A stretch of DNA of 40,896 nt from positions 1 to 40,896 of the forward strand of contig JBDRIF010000068.1 of the NCBI GenBank assembly GCA_043816125.1. The letters are read 5' to 3'. The first letter of the stretch is position 1, and the number at the start of each line of letters is the position of its first letter. The stretch is from a bacterium. Lineage in GTDB: Bacteria; Margulisbacteria; WOR-1; O2-12-FULL-45-9. Below are positions 29,450 to 37,909 of the stretch, in pieces. The notes beneath the pieces were generated by a model. The model did no database searches. It was not told where the DNA came from and worked only from the letters and a program-made list of their open reading frames with translations. A program made the translations under genes and the position numbers.

Positions 29450-30526
29450 ATGAAAGACGACATCAAACTTCATATCAATCAAATAAAAGAAAAAGCTAAA
29501 AATCTATTTCAGCTTCTTAATATCCAAGAAAAGAAAAAACAGCTTGGCGAGATGGAAAAGCAGTCGGCCGATCCTCAGCTCTGGCAAGATCAAAACAAAG
29601 CTAAGAAGGTTATGCAAGACAAAAAGTATCTGGAAAACGAAATCAACAGCTATGAACTATTGGTTAACGGAGTAGAGGACGCAGGCACATTTTTGGATAT
29701 GGCCGGCGATGATGACCTGGCTGAGATCCAACGTGAAGTTGCCGAGATGAGCAAAACAGCCGACAAGCTGGAATTAGCCGCTCTATTAAGCGGTGAATAT
29801 GACAAGAGCAATGCGATACTTTCGATCAATGCCGGTGCTGGCGGAACCGATGCCCAGGATTGGGCACAAATAATGTTGAGAATGTATACGCGTTGGGCCG
29901 AAGCCAAAGAATACAAAGTTGAGATGCCGGATATTTCTTATGGTGATGAAGCAGGGATAAAAGGGGTCACCCTCATGATATCGGGACCGTATGCTTATGG
30001 CTACTTGAGGACTGAAGGGGGGATCCATCGTCTGGTCCGTATGTCCCCCTTTAATTCCGACGGCAAACGCCACACCTCTTTTGCCGCAGTCGAAGTTATC
30101 CCGGAGATGTCTGATGAGATCAATATCGACATTAATCCTGCCGACTTGAGAGTTGATACTTATCGCGCTTCCGGTCCTGGTGGTCAGCATGTTAACAAAA
30201 CCGACTCGGCCGTCCGCTTAACTCATATTCCGACCGGGCTGGTTACTCAGTGTCAGTCAGAAAGATCTCAAACGCAAAACAAAGAATCTGCTATGAAATT
30301 ATTAAAAGCCAAACTTTATGAAATGATGCTGCAGCAGAAAAAAGAGAAGATAGACGAACTGCGTGGTGAGAAAAAGAAGATCGAGTGGGGGAGCCAGATT
30401 CGCTCATATGTATTCCAACCTTACACTATGGTTAAAGACCATCGGACTAAAGCAGAAAACACCAATGTTCAGGCTGTGATCGACGGGGATTTAGACCGGT
30501 TTATTGAAGCGAGTCTGCGCAGTTGA
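29450..30526 (+). CDS. prfB: peptide chain release factor 2 (single uninterrupted frame)
   Basis: 358 aa with the SPF tripeptide (RMSPFNS) and the GGQ motif (SGPGGQHVNKT). There is no internal in-frame stop or +1 frameshift site. Confidence 0.95.
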   Translation: MKDDIKLHINQIKEKAKNLFQLLNIQEKKKQLGEMEKQSADPQLWQDQNKAKKVMQDKKYLENEINSYELLVNGVEDAGTFLDMAGDDDLAEIQREVAEMSKTADKLELAALLSGEYDKSNAILSINAGAGGTDAQDWAQIMLRMYTRWAEAKEYKVEMPDISYGDEAGIKGVTLMISGPYAYGYLRTEGGIHRLVRMSPFNSDGKRHTSFAAVEVIPEMSDEINIDINPADLRVDTYRASGPGGQHVNKTDSAVRLTHIPTGLVTQCQSERSQTQNKESAMKLLKAKLYEMMLQQKKEKIDELRGEKKKIEWGSQIRSYVFQPYTMVKDHRTKAENTNVQAVIDGDLDRFIEASLRS

Positions 30527-30540
30527 TGGGGGCAAGGGAA

Positions 30541-30568
30541 CGTCATGCCCGCGCAAGCGGGCATCCAG
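30541..30568. repeat. GC-rich palindromic element, copy 1 (probable bidirectional terminator)
   Basis: cgtcATGCCCGC-gcaa-GCGGGCATccag in the convergent gap between prfB and the 121-aa gene. Its arms recur at 35121-35169. Confidence 0.7.
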
Positions 30569-30586
30569 AGTAAAGACCTTCGTTCC

Positions 30587-30952
30587 TTAGATTTGTTTTT
30601 GAGGCGAGTTTAAAGGCAAATTCTCCGGCATTTCAGTGAAAGCAGCTGCTGCATATCTAACAGGGTTTTCCGGACATACATGATGAGCAACAGCAAAAGC
30701 CCAGCCAGGATTATAACCCTGAAATTGTTTGGAATCAGTTCTGTCCACGCAATACATGATCGCGTTAGCCAGAGCATTTGACCGCTCGTCAACAGCCATT
30801 GACATAATATCCTCAGCCTTGACCATGGTGGCAGCGGTTGTATTCAAAACATTCTTTTCTGCGTCACTTAATTTTACTGCCGGCGGCATTCGCCACATAA
30901 ACGATCCCGGCTGCCGAGCAGTACGACGGATAGCACCCAAATAATTTGCCAT
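30587..30952 (-). CDS. hypothetical protein, short paralog of the 290-aa ORF at 31285-32157
   Basis: 121 aa. The N-terminal ~70 aa and the YAAAA block align with the 290-aa protein, and the 3'-end DNA is also similar. Confidence 0.5.
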   Translation of the reverse strand: MANYLGAIRRTARQPGSFMWRMPPAVKLSDAEKNVLNTTAATMVKAEDIMSMAVDERSNALANAIMYCVDRTDSKQFQGYNPGWAFAVAHHVCPENPVRYAAAAFTEMPENLPLNSPQKQI

Positions 30953-31016
30953 ATCTTTTCTTCTTAATAATTATCAATTAATTTCAGGAGTTTGCGGCAG
31001 AAGAACTAATTTCATA

Positions 31017-31025
31017 TGTTATAAT
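31017..31025 (+). promoter_or_regulatory. extended -10 element of the small coiled-coil gene
   Basis: Perfect TGtTATAAT. SD GAGGAGGTGG follows before the ATG at 31064. Confidence 0.45.
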
Positions 31026-31063
31026 AATTTTGGACAGAGGGGACAGGACGAGGAGGTGGAGCA

Positions 31064-31279
31064 ATGGATAAAGACCAAATGAAAATGTTATTAGAAGAAA
31101 TTAGAAACGATGTTAAGCTTGCCTTAGAAGGACATGATCTTGTTCGACGGGAAATACAGGGTGCAAAGACAGAATTAAAAACCGATATTCAGCAAGTAAA
31201 AATTGTTGCCGAATATAATGCGCAGCGATTAAACGACCTTAATAAGAAACTCGACTCTCACATATTACAGCCGCACTAA
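31064..31279 (+). CDS. small coiled-coil protein (hypothetical)
   Basis: 71 aa with a strong SD and its own promoter. Heptad-like charged sequence (LEEIRNDVKLALEGHDLVRREIQGAKTELKTDIQQVK). Confidence 0.55.
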   Translation: MDKDQMKMLLEEIRNDVKLALEGHDLVRREIQGAKTELKTDIQQVKIVAEYNAQRLNDLNKKLDSHILQPH

Positions 31280-31284
31280 GAATA

Positions 31285-32157
31285 TTATTGAGGCGAGTCT
31301 GCGGCAGAAGAACTAATGGCTTCCGGCAAAAACTGCCATTCTAAAGCACTAGTATAATTTCTCTGATATAAAGGACTGCCTGAAAAACCGATTCGTCTGT
31401 CAAGGAATCGATAATAGCGCTCATCCAGCCTGCCGATTAATACAGATAAACTTTCTCCCCCTAATTGAAGAACAATATCTTCAATCGCCGCTGCTGCATA
31501 ATGTGGCCACAACGCCAACTCTTCCGCTAAGTCAGATTCCGGAGCCGGTCGCCTGGCTTGCAGCATTTTCTTAAGTGCAATAAAGTTTCCATCATCTTGA
31601 AAATGGGTCACTCTAATCCGCCTCAATGTCGACGGTTCACCGAAAAAGCTCGACCAAAAACCGACAATACCGATTCCTTCAAATTCTTCAGAACTAAAAT
31701 ATGATCTTCGTATTTTATCTGAATTAATAGTTTGCCAGTAGGGGATTCCAAGCTTACTAAATGGCGAAAAGATTTCTCTCCCATCCAATTGTATTGCAGG
31801 TAAAGGGAAAAGTTTGCGCCAATCAGGCAGGTTTTGTTCCAGTAAAGCCAATCCACCATCTTTTGCCACCTGTACACCCAGATCCATCCCGGCATTCGAC
31901 CAGACTTTTACAACAAATCTGAAAGTGTGATTCCCGACAGAAAAGACATGCCCATGAAGGAGAGAGGCTAAGTCCAGGATTGCCTCGTTGTAAGTATCTC
32001 GAACCGCGAGAGCTTCGTCAGCCGATATTCGACCAACGGATGCACGCTTTATCAATTCCAGTTCCGCTACGGTTAGCTTTTCGATTGGTGGTTGGCACCA
32101 AGCGAATGACCGGGATAATCTGGCCGCCTGTCGTAAGCCCCCCAAAGAGTTCTTCAT
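31285..32157 (-). CDS. hypothetical protein, long member of the local paralog family
   Basis: 290-aa ORF. Its N-terminus MKNSLGGLRQAARLSRSFAWCQPP parallels MANYLGAIRRTARQPGSFMWRMPP of the 121-aa ORF. Confidence 0.55.
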   Translation of the reverse strand: MKNSLGGLRQAARLSRSFAWCQPPIEKLTVAELELIKRASVGRISADEALAVRDTYNEAILDLASLLHGHVFSVGNHTFRFVVKVWSNAGMDLGVQVAKDGGLALLEQNLPDWRKLFPLPAIQLDGREIFSPFSKLGIPYWQTINSDKIRRSYFSSEEFEGIGIVGFWSSFFGEPSTLRRIRVTHFQDDGNFIALKKMLQARRPAPESDLAEELALWPHYAAAAIEDIVLQLGGESLSVLIGRLDERYYRFLDRRIGFSGSPLYQRNYTSALEWQFLPEAISSSAADSPQ

Positions 32158-32207
32158 ATTACTATTTCATAATATATCGTAAAGAATTTCAGCTAACCCC
32201 CAAAAAC

Positions 32208-32216
32208 TGATATAAT
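32208..32216 (+). promoter_or_regulatory. extended -10 element of the membrane-protein / csaB-tagA operon (leaderless architecture)
   Basis: Perfect TGaTATAAT, 7 nt before the ATG at 32224. The upstream gene is divergent. Confidence 0.5.
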
Positions 32217-32223
32217 TACAACA

Positions 32224-34062
32224 ATGTTCAACAAATTCAGCAAAGGAATTCTGGTTTCAATTCTCACCATCGGCGTACTGCTGGGCGCCTACCTTGGTTT
32301 CACCCGCTACCTGATTGAACTTCAGGACAGAACAGTTGAATTTTGCGTCGACCTCAATAATATCAAGACCATCGCCGCTCAAGAAAAACAACCGCTGGAA
32401 AAAGTCCTCCTGCAATTAAAAGAGCAGGGGGTTCAATCAATCGGCGTCTTTGAACAGAGACTCCCCGACGCTTACGCCGATGGGGATTTAACTTATGAAA
32501 AGGGTCCGGGTTTATACGAAGTCACTATCCATGCCCCCAATGATGACATTCGCCGTCGGGTTTATTACCATCTGAAGGCCGCTTTGGGCGAGCCAAAGAT
32601 AAAGTTCAGAGGGCAAGAGACGATGATAATGGCAAAACAGGAAGAAGCACTAAGAGAAATCGGTCTCGGCATTTCAGAAAAACAGGAAAAATATCTCTCC
32701 AAGCTCGGTTTCCGAATCATCCCCCGGGTCTGGCAAGACAAACATTTTGGCGGCCACAATCTTCCGTTAAAAATTGAGCTGCTCAAGAAATATGATACGG
32801 TCATCTTTGACGGCGAAGAGATACTCGGTTATCCGGACGCCCTCCCTCTGCTCGCCCATACCTTAAAATTTAACACCTTGAAGTTCGGCTATATCGAGAT
32901 CATTAAACAGTTTGGGAATTCTCAGTTAAAGAGACAGATGGGACGGGATATTATCAGGGTCCACAGCATCTCTCAAGATGAACTAAAGAAAGTCCCGCAA
33001 GATGAAGCGGTTCGGCGTTTTGTCCGCGCCGCCAAAGAACGAAAAGTCAGGCTCTTTTATCTCCGCCCATATCTAACTACCGAAAAACCTGTTGCCGACT
33101 ACATAAATTATGTCGGACAGATCAAACTCGGCTTAGAAAAGTCAGGCTTTACAATCGGCCAGGCTGAATCACTCTCCAAATTCCAGGCCAAACCGTGGCA
33201 GACAATGATCATCTCCCTGGCCATAGCCTGCGCAACTCTTACGCTCCTCAATCTATTTTCTCCAATCTCCGGTCTTGTTCAGTTATTAATAATTGTGTTG
33301 ATGGCCGGAGGTTTATATCTCGGGATCGTACCGGCATTGTTATCAAAGAAGATCTTTGCTCTTTTGGCCACGATCACATTTCCTTCGTTAGCAATAATCT
33401 CCAGTCTGACCAAAGCAAAACAACAGCAAACCTTGCTGTGGGATTCGACGATGCTGATCTTAAACGTTGTTGCCGAACTTAGTGTCGGCATCCTTCTCCT
33501 GGTCGGTCTATTGGCCGATTTTCGATTTATGTACGGTATCGAAAGCTTTGCCGGGGTAAAAATCGCTCTCCTCATGCCGATCATGATCATTCTGACCTAT
33601 TTTGCCCTGCAAACAGGTGAGGGGAGCCTGCGCAAGAGGGCGCAGAGATTCCTCGGGGCTCAGATCCCCTTATTTGCAGTATTGGCAGGGCTTGTTGGCC
33701 TCGGGGCCTTAGGAATATTTATCGCCCGGTCCGGTAACTTTGTCCTCCCAGTCCCCGGTTTTGAAAAAGGTTTTCGGGATTTTCTGGAAACAGTCATGAG
33801 CATTCGCCCACGGAGCAAAGAATTCTTGATCGGCTATCCGGCCCTCTTTTTGGCAGCACTCGCTGCTTTTCGCGGCAACAAAAGAGTCCTCTGGCTCTTT
33901 GCCACTATCGGAGCCATTGCCCCAATCTCTATCATCAATACTTTCAGCCATGTCCATACCCCCTTAGCCGTTTCAATCAGTCGAACACTCAACGGGCTAG
34001 TCTTAGGAATTATCATCGGCTCACTATTGAGCTGGCTTTTAAATAAATTTTTCAGAATATGA
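32224..34062 (+). CDS. large polytopic membrane protein with an N-terminal extracytoplasmic domain (recalls the DUF5693 type found next to csaB)
   Basis: 612 aa with one N-terminal TM helix, a soluble region of about 300 aa, then about 8-9 hydrophobic helices. It overlaps the csaB-tagA fusion by 4 nt. The family assignment is from memory only. Confidence 0.55.
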   Translation: MFNKFSKGILVSILTIGVLLGAYLGFTRYLIELQDRTVEFCVDLNNIKTIAAQEKQPLEKVLLQLKEQGVQSIGVFEQRLPDAYADGDLTYEKGPGLYEVTIHAPNDDIRRRVYYHLKAALGEPKIKFRGQETMIMAKQEEALREIGLGISEKQEKYLSKLGFRIIPRVWQDKHFGGHNLPLKIELLKKYDTVIFDGEEILGYPDALPLLAHTLKFNTLKFGYIEIIKQFGNSQLKRQMGRDIIRVHSISQDELKKVPQDEAVRRFVRAAKERKVRLFYLRPYLTTEKPVADYINYVGQIKLGLEKSGFTIGQAESLSKFQAKPWQTMIISLAIACATLTLLNLFSPISGLVQLLIIVLMAGGLYLGIVPALLSKKIFALLATITFPSLAIISSLTKAKQQQTLLWDSTMLILNVVAELSVGILLLVGLLADFRFMYGIESFAGVKIALLMPIMIILTYFALQTGEGSLRKRAQRFLGAQIPLFAVLAGLVGLGALGIFIARSGNFVLPVPGFEKGFRDFLETVMSIRPRSKEFLIGYPALFLAALAAFRGNKRVLWLFATIGAIAPISIINTFSHVHTPLAVSISRTLNGLVLGIIIGSLLSWLLNKFFRI

Positions 34063-35852
34063 AAATCCTGATTTCGGGATATTATGGTTATGAAAACATC
34101 GGCGACGAAGCTGTCTTACAGGCTATTATTCAACAATTCGCCGGCCACAAAATAACGGTCCTCTCCGCCGCTCCCGGTTTGACACAGGAATTCCACAAAG
34201 TAAAAGCTGTATATCGTTATGCCCCTTTCACTGTGCTAAAAGAAGTATTATCAACCAATTTATTTGTCAGCGGCGGCGGCACACTCTTTCAAAATATCAC
34301 CAGTCAGCGAAGCCTTTTCTATTATCTCGGATTGATTCTTTTAGCAAAGTTGTGTCGAAAAAGAGTTCTTGTTTTGGGGCAGGGATTTGGCCCGCTTGAT
34401 AATTTTTGGCCCAGGCAAATTACCCGCCTGATTCTCAATTTGGCCGACAAGATCACTGTGCGAGACAAAAACTCCTATCAGGCAATGCAAGAGCTGGGGA
34501 TCAAGTCTGACAAAATTGAACTTACTGCGGACCCTGCCGCTCTGCTGGAAATCCCCTCGTTTGAAGAGAGCAATCAACTTCTGGAAAAAGAGGGGATCAA
34601 GAGAACTGGCAAACCGCTCCTGGGGATCGTCTTAAGACGACCGATCAAAGGGCTGGAAGAGAACATGGTGGAGATGATCGCCGACGCCGTCGATTGGTTG
34701 ATCGATAAATACAATTATCAACCGGTCTTTCTCCTCTTTAGGCATCCGAACGATATGGAAATCACCAATAAGGTAATGCGGATGATGAATCATGAGAGCA
34801 GCATCATTTTCCGTTCTTGCCAGCCGCGCGAGATGCTCGGCATTATTTCTCAAATGGATCTATTGATCGGCATGCGATTGCACGCTCTGATCTTTGCGAC
34901 GATGAATGCGGTCCCTGCCTTAGGCTTATCCTACGACCCCAAAGTCTCTTCTTTTATGGAATCGACCGAGCAGGCACATGTCGATATTAAGGATATTGAT
35001 AGTTTAAAAAGTTTGAAGAACAAGCTGGAAGAGATCCTTGTCAATAAAGATCGGATTAAAGCTGACCTGGATAAAAAGAGAAAACAGCTCCGCGAGGCTT
35101 CTTTGAGAAACTTTATAATGCGTCATGCCCGCGCCGTGCCTGCCGGCAGGCAGGAAGGCGGGCATCCAGTTGTCGACTTAGCTGGCATCCAAGTCGACAA
35201 TATCTCGATGTCAGAAGCTATAAGCAAGATTGAAACATTCTTAACTTCAGGCAAACCGAACCTAATCGTCACCCCCAATCCCGAAATAATCGTCGCCTGC
35301 CAGCATGATCAGGAGTTAAAAGAGATCATGAACTCGGCCGATCTACGCACTCCGGACGGGATAAGCATGGTGGTTGTTTCTAAAATCAAACACCAGCCAC
35401 TAATAGAACGAGTCTCTGGCATTGACCTGATGCTGGAAATAATCAGAAGATTTCCTGACAAGAAAGTCTTTTTACTCGGAGGAAAGCCTGATGTTGCGGC
35501 AACTGCAGCCAAAAATCTAAAAGGAAACGTTGTGGGGACTCATGATGGCTATTTCACAGATGACACTACCATGATGAATAAGATTAAAGAAACCAAACCA
35601 GACATATTATTTATCGGTCTCGGGGGAAGGCGGCAAGAAAAATGGGCAGCCAAGCATCTAAGAGAGTTGTATGTTCCAATCGTCATGTGTATTGGGGGAT
35701 CACTGGATGTTCTTTCCGGTCAAAAGAAGAGGGCACCAAGGATTTTTCAGAGACTTTATCTCGAGTGGTTATACCGCCTGCTAAGTGAACCGAAAAGATG
35801 GAAGAGACAGTTGGCCCTGCCAAAGTTTTTATATTTAACACTTATTAAATAA
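34059..35852 (+). CDS. csaB/tagA: fusion of a CsaB-type polysaccharide pyruvyl transferase and a WecG/TagA/CpsF (GT26) glycosyltransferase
   Basis: 597-aa single ORF. The N-terminus is MKILISGYYGYENIGDEAVLQAI (CsaB-like). The C-terminus has TPNPEIIV, DLRTPDGISMV, GGKPDVAATAA, GLGGRRQEKW, LEWLYRLLSEPKRWKRQ (TagA-like). Confidence 0.85.
   Translation: MKILISGYYGYENIGDEAVLQAIIQQFAGHKITVLSAAPGLTQEFHKVKAVYRYAPFTVLKEVLSTNLFVSGGGTLFQNITSQRSLFYYLGLILLAKLCRKRVLVLGQGFGPLDNFWPRQITRLILNLADKITVRDKNSYQAMQELGIKSDKIELTADPAALLEIPSFEESNQLLEKEGIKRTGKPLLGIVLRRPIKGLEENMVEMIADAVDWLIDKYNYQPVFLLFRHPNDMEITNKVMRMMNHESSIIFRSCQPREMLGIISQMDLLIGMRLHALIFATMNAVPALGLSYDPKVSSFMESTEQAHVDIKDIDSLKSLKNKLEEILVNKDRIKADLDKKRKQLREASLRNFIMRHARAVPAGRQEGGHPVVDLAGIQVDNISMSEAISKIETFLTSGKPNLIVTPNPEIIVACQHDQELKEIMNSADLRTPDGISMVVVSKIKHQPLIERVSGIDLMLEIIRRFPDKKVFLLGGKPDVAATAAKNLKGNVVGTHDGYFTDDTTMMNKIKETKPDILFIGLGGRRQEKWAAKHLRELYVPIVMCIGGSLDVLSGQKKRAPRIFQRLYLEWLYRLLSEPKRWKRQLALPKFLYLTLIK
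35121..35169. repeat. GC-rich palindromic element, copy 2, translated in-frame as the CsaB-TagA junction
   Basis: cgtcATGCCCGCg-ccgtgCCTGCCGGCAGGcaggaagg-cGGGCATccag encodes RHARAVPAGRQEGGHP. It has the same 13-nt and 11-nt arms as 30541-30568. Confidence 0.7.
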
Positions 35853-35853
35853 A

Positions 35854-35862
35854 TGTTATAAT
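35854..35862 (+). promoter_or_regulatory. extended -10 element upstream of purC
   Basis: Perfect TGtTATAAT, followed by SD GGAGGG and the ATG at 35886. Confidence 0.45.
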
Positions 35863-35885
35863 TTCCTTAAACGGAGGGATAAATT

Positions 35886-36788
35886 ATGGATGACAAAGTA
35901 ATATTAAACATCGATCTGCCTGGACTCAAGCTCTTTAAAAAAGGGAAGGTCCGTAATGTTTTTGACCTGGGCGACAAGCTTCTCTTAGTCGCTTCAGACA
36001 GAATATCAGCCTACGATTCTGTTATGCCCAATGGTATCCCCGATAAAGGGAAAATATTAACCCAATTATCAGCTTTTTGGTTTGATTTCACCAAAGATAT
36101 TATCGACAACCAAGTGATTGCTACCGATGTTGATGATTTTCCTGCCGACATCAAACTCGATCCAGAGGTAAAAAAACTATTGGCCAAACGATCTGTGTTA
36201 GCCAAAAAGACCGACAGCATCGACGTCGAGTGTGTCGCTCGTGGATATATCTCCGGCTCCGCCTGGAGTGAATACCAAAAGACCGGCTCTGTCTGCGGGA
36301 TTAAATTACCTGCCGGTTTAAAAGAATCAGATAAACTCCCTGAACCGATTTTTACGCCGGCCACCAAAGCCGCTTCGGGCCACGATGAAAATATCTCCGA
36401 AAAACAGATGATGGATATTCTGGGGACCGAAGATGGGACAATATTACGCGACTCAACTTTAAAGATATATAATGCTGCTCGTGATTTTGCCGCCACCAAA
36501 GGGATAATTATTGCCGATACCAAATTCGAGTTTGGCAAAGATAACGGCAAGATAATAATTATTGATGAAATGTTAACGCCGGATTCTTCACGATTTTGGC
36601 CGATGGCAACATATAAACCAGGCGGCTCACAACCGAGTTACGACAAACAATTTGTCAGAGATTATCTCGTTTCTATCAAATGGGACAAAGAGCCCCCAGC
36701 TCCCAGACTCTCTGATGAGGTTGTCGAAAAGACCAGAAAGCTATATCTGGAAGCGTATACAAAACTGACCGGAAAAAGCAGTTTGTGA
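35886..36788 (+). CDS. purC: phosphoribosylaminoimidazole-succinocarboxamide (SAICAR) synthase
   Basis: 300 aa with the long-form PurC blocks (GKVRNVFDLGDKLLLVASDRISAYD, IIADTKFEFG, DEMLTPDSSRFW). Confidence 0.93.
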   Translation: MDDKVILNIDLPGLKLFKKGKVRNVFDLGDKLLLVASDRISAYDSVMPNGIPDKGKILTQLSAFWFDFTKDIIDNQVIATDVDDFPADIKLDPEVKKLLAKRSVLAKKTDSIDVECVARGYISGSAWSEYQKTGSVCGIKLPAGLKESDKLPEPIFTPATKAASGHDENISEKQMMDILGTEDGTILRDSTLKIYNAARDFAATKGIIIADTKFEFGKDNGKIIIIDEMLTPDSSRFWPMATYKPGGSQPSYDKQFVRDYLVSIKWDKEPPAPRLSDEVVEKTRKLYLEAYTKLTGKSSL

Positions 36789-37852
36789 CCACCCAACGCG
36801 AAAAAACAAAAGTAATTAATGTCGGGAACCTCAAGATTGGCGGCGGCAATCCGATCACCGTCCAGTCGATGACAAAAACAGATACTTCCGACATCGACGC
36901 AACCGTCAAACAAATCCGTGAGCTGGAGCAAGCCGGCTGCCAGATTATCCGCTGTGCCGTGCCGGATAAAGAGTCGGCGCTGGCATTAAAAGAGATCAAA
37001 AAGCAGATTAACATACCGCTGGTAGCCGATATACATTTCAATCACACCTACGCAATTATGGCAGCCGAAGCGGGAGTCGATAAATTACGGATTAATCCCG
37101 GTAATATTGGGGACGAAGAAAAGATCAAAGCGGTTGTTGCGGCAGCTATAGAGCATAAAATCCCGATCCGGATCGGGGTCAACTCCGGTTCACTGGAAAG
37201 AAAGATCAGAAATAAGGCCAAGGGACATGTAACCGCCGAAGGTTTGGTCAAAAGCGCGCTGAATAATGTTCGCATCTTGGAAAAATTAAACTTTAAAGAT
37301 ATTATCGTTTCGATCAAAGCGACAAATGTGCCGATGACAATCAAAGCCTATCAAATGATCGCTAAGAAAATCAATTATCCTTTGCATGTCGGCATCACCG
37401 AAGCCGGTATCCCCGCGGTCGGAACGATCCGATCCGCAGCTGGCATCGGAGCAATCCTGGCCGAAGGGATTGGAGACACGGTTCGGGTCTCCTTGACCGG
37501 AGATCCAGTAGAAGAAGTTCGTGTCGCGTACGAAATATTAAAAGCGATGCAGCTGACTTTTCATGGCATAACGATTATCTCCTGTCCAACCTGCGGCCGC
37601 ACCGATATCGATGTCGCCAAGATCGCCACTGAAATACAGGAAAAAACAAAACATATCAAACAACCGTTAACTGTTGCTATAATGGGGTGCGAGGTCAATG
37701 GCCCAGGCGAAGCGGCTGATGCCGACGTCGGTTTGGCCGGGGGGAACGGAGTAGGGCTGATTTTTCGGGAAGGGGAAGTTGTCAGGAAAGTATCTGACGA
37801 CGAAATGGTTTGTGCCCTACTGGATGAAATTGAAAGTATGGCAATAAAATAA
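36785..37852 (+). CDS. ispG: 4-hydroxy-3-methylbut-2-enyl diphosphate synthase (flavodoxin type)
   Basis: 355 aa. A GTG start overlaps the purC stop (GTGA). IspG blocks are present (VQSMTKTDT, RINPGNIG, CPTCGRT, MGCEVNGPGEA). Confidence 0.93.
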   Translation: MTTQREKTKVINVGNLKIGGGNPITVQSMTKTDTSDIDATVKQIRELEQAGCQIIRCAVPDKESALALKEIKKQINIPLVADIHFNHTYAIMAAEAGVDKLRINPGNIGDEEKIKAVVAAAIEHKIPIRIGVNSGSLERKIRNKAKGHVTAEGLVKSALNNVRILEKLNFKDIIVSIKATNVPMTIKAYQMIAKKINYPLHVGITEAGIPAVGTIRSAAGIGAILAEGIGDTVRVSLTGDPVEEVRVAYEILKAMQLTFHGITIISCPTCGRTDIDVAKIATEIQEKTKHIKQPLTVAIMGCEVNGPGEAADADVGLAGGNGVGLIFREGEVVRKVSDDEMVCALLDEIESMAIK

Positions 37853-37860
37853 TCCTAATA

Positions 37861-37892
37861 CCTAAAGGCCAATAGGCCTATAGGCCTTTAGG
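37861..37892. repeat. AGGCCT-core palindromic element between ispG and purB
   Basis: cctaaaggccaataggcctataggcctttagg is a 32-nt near-perfect palindrome (15 of 16 pairs). Confidence 0.75.
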
Positions 37893-37909
37893 AACTAGGG
37901 GGAGTAAAA

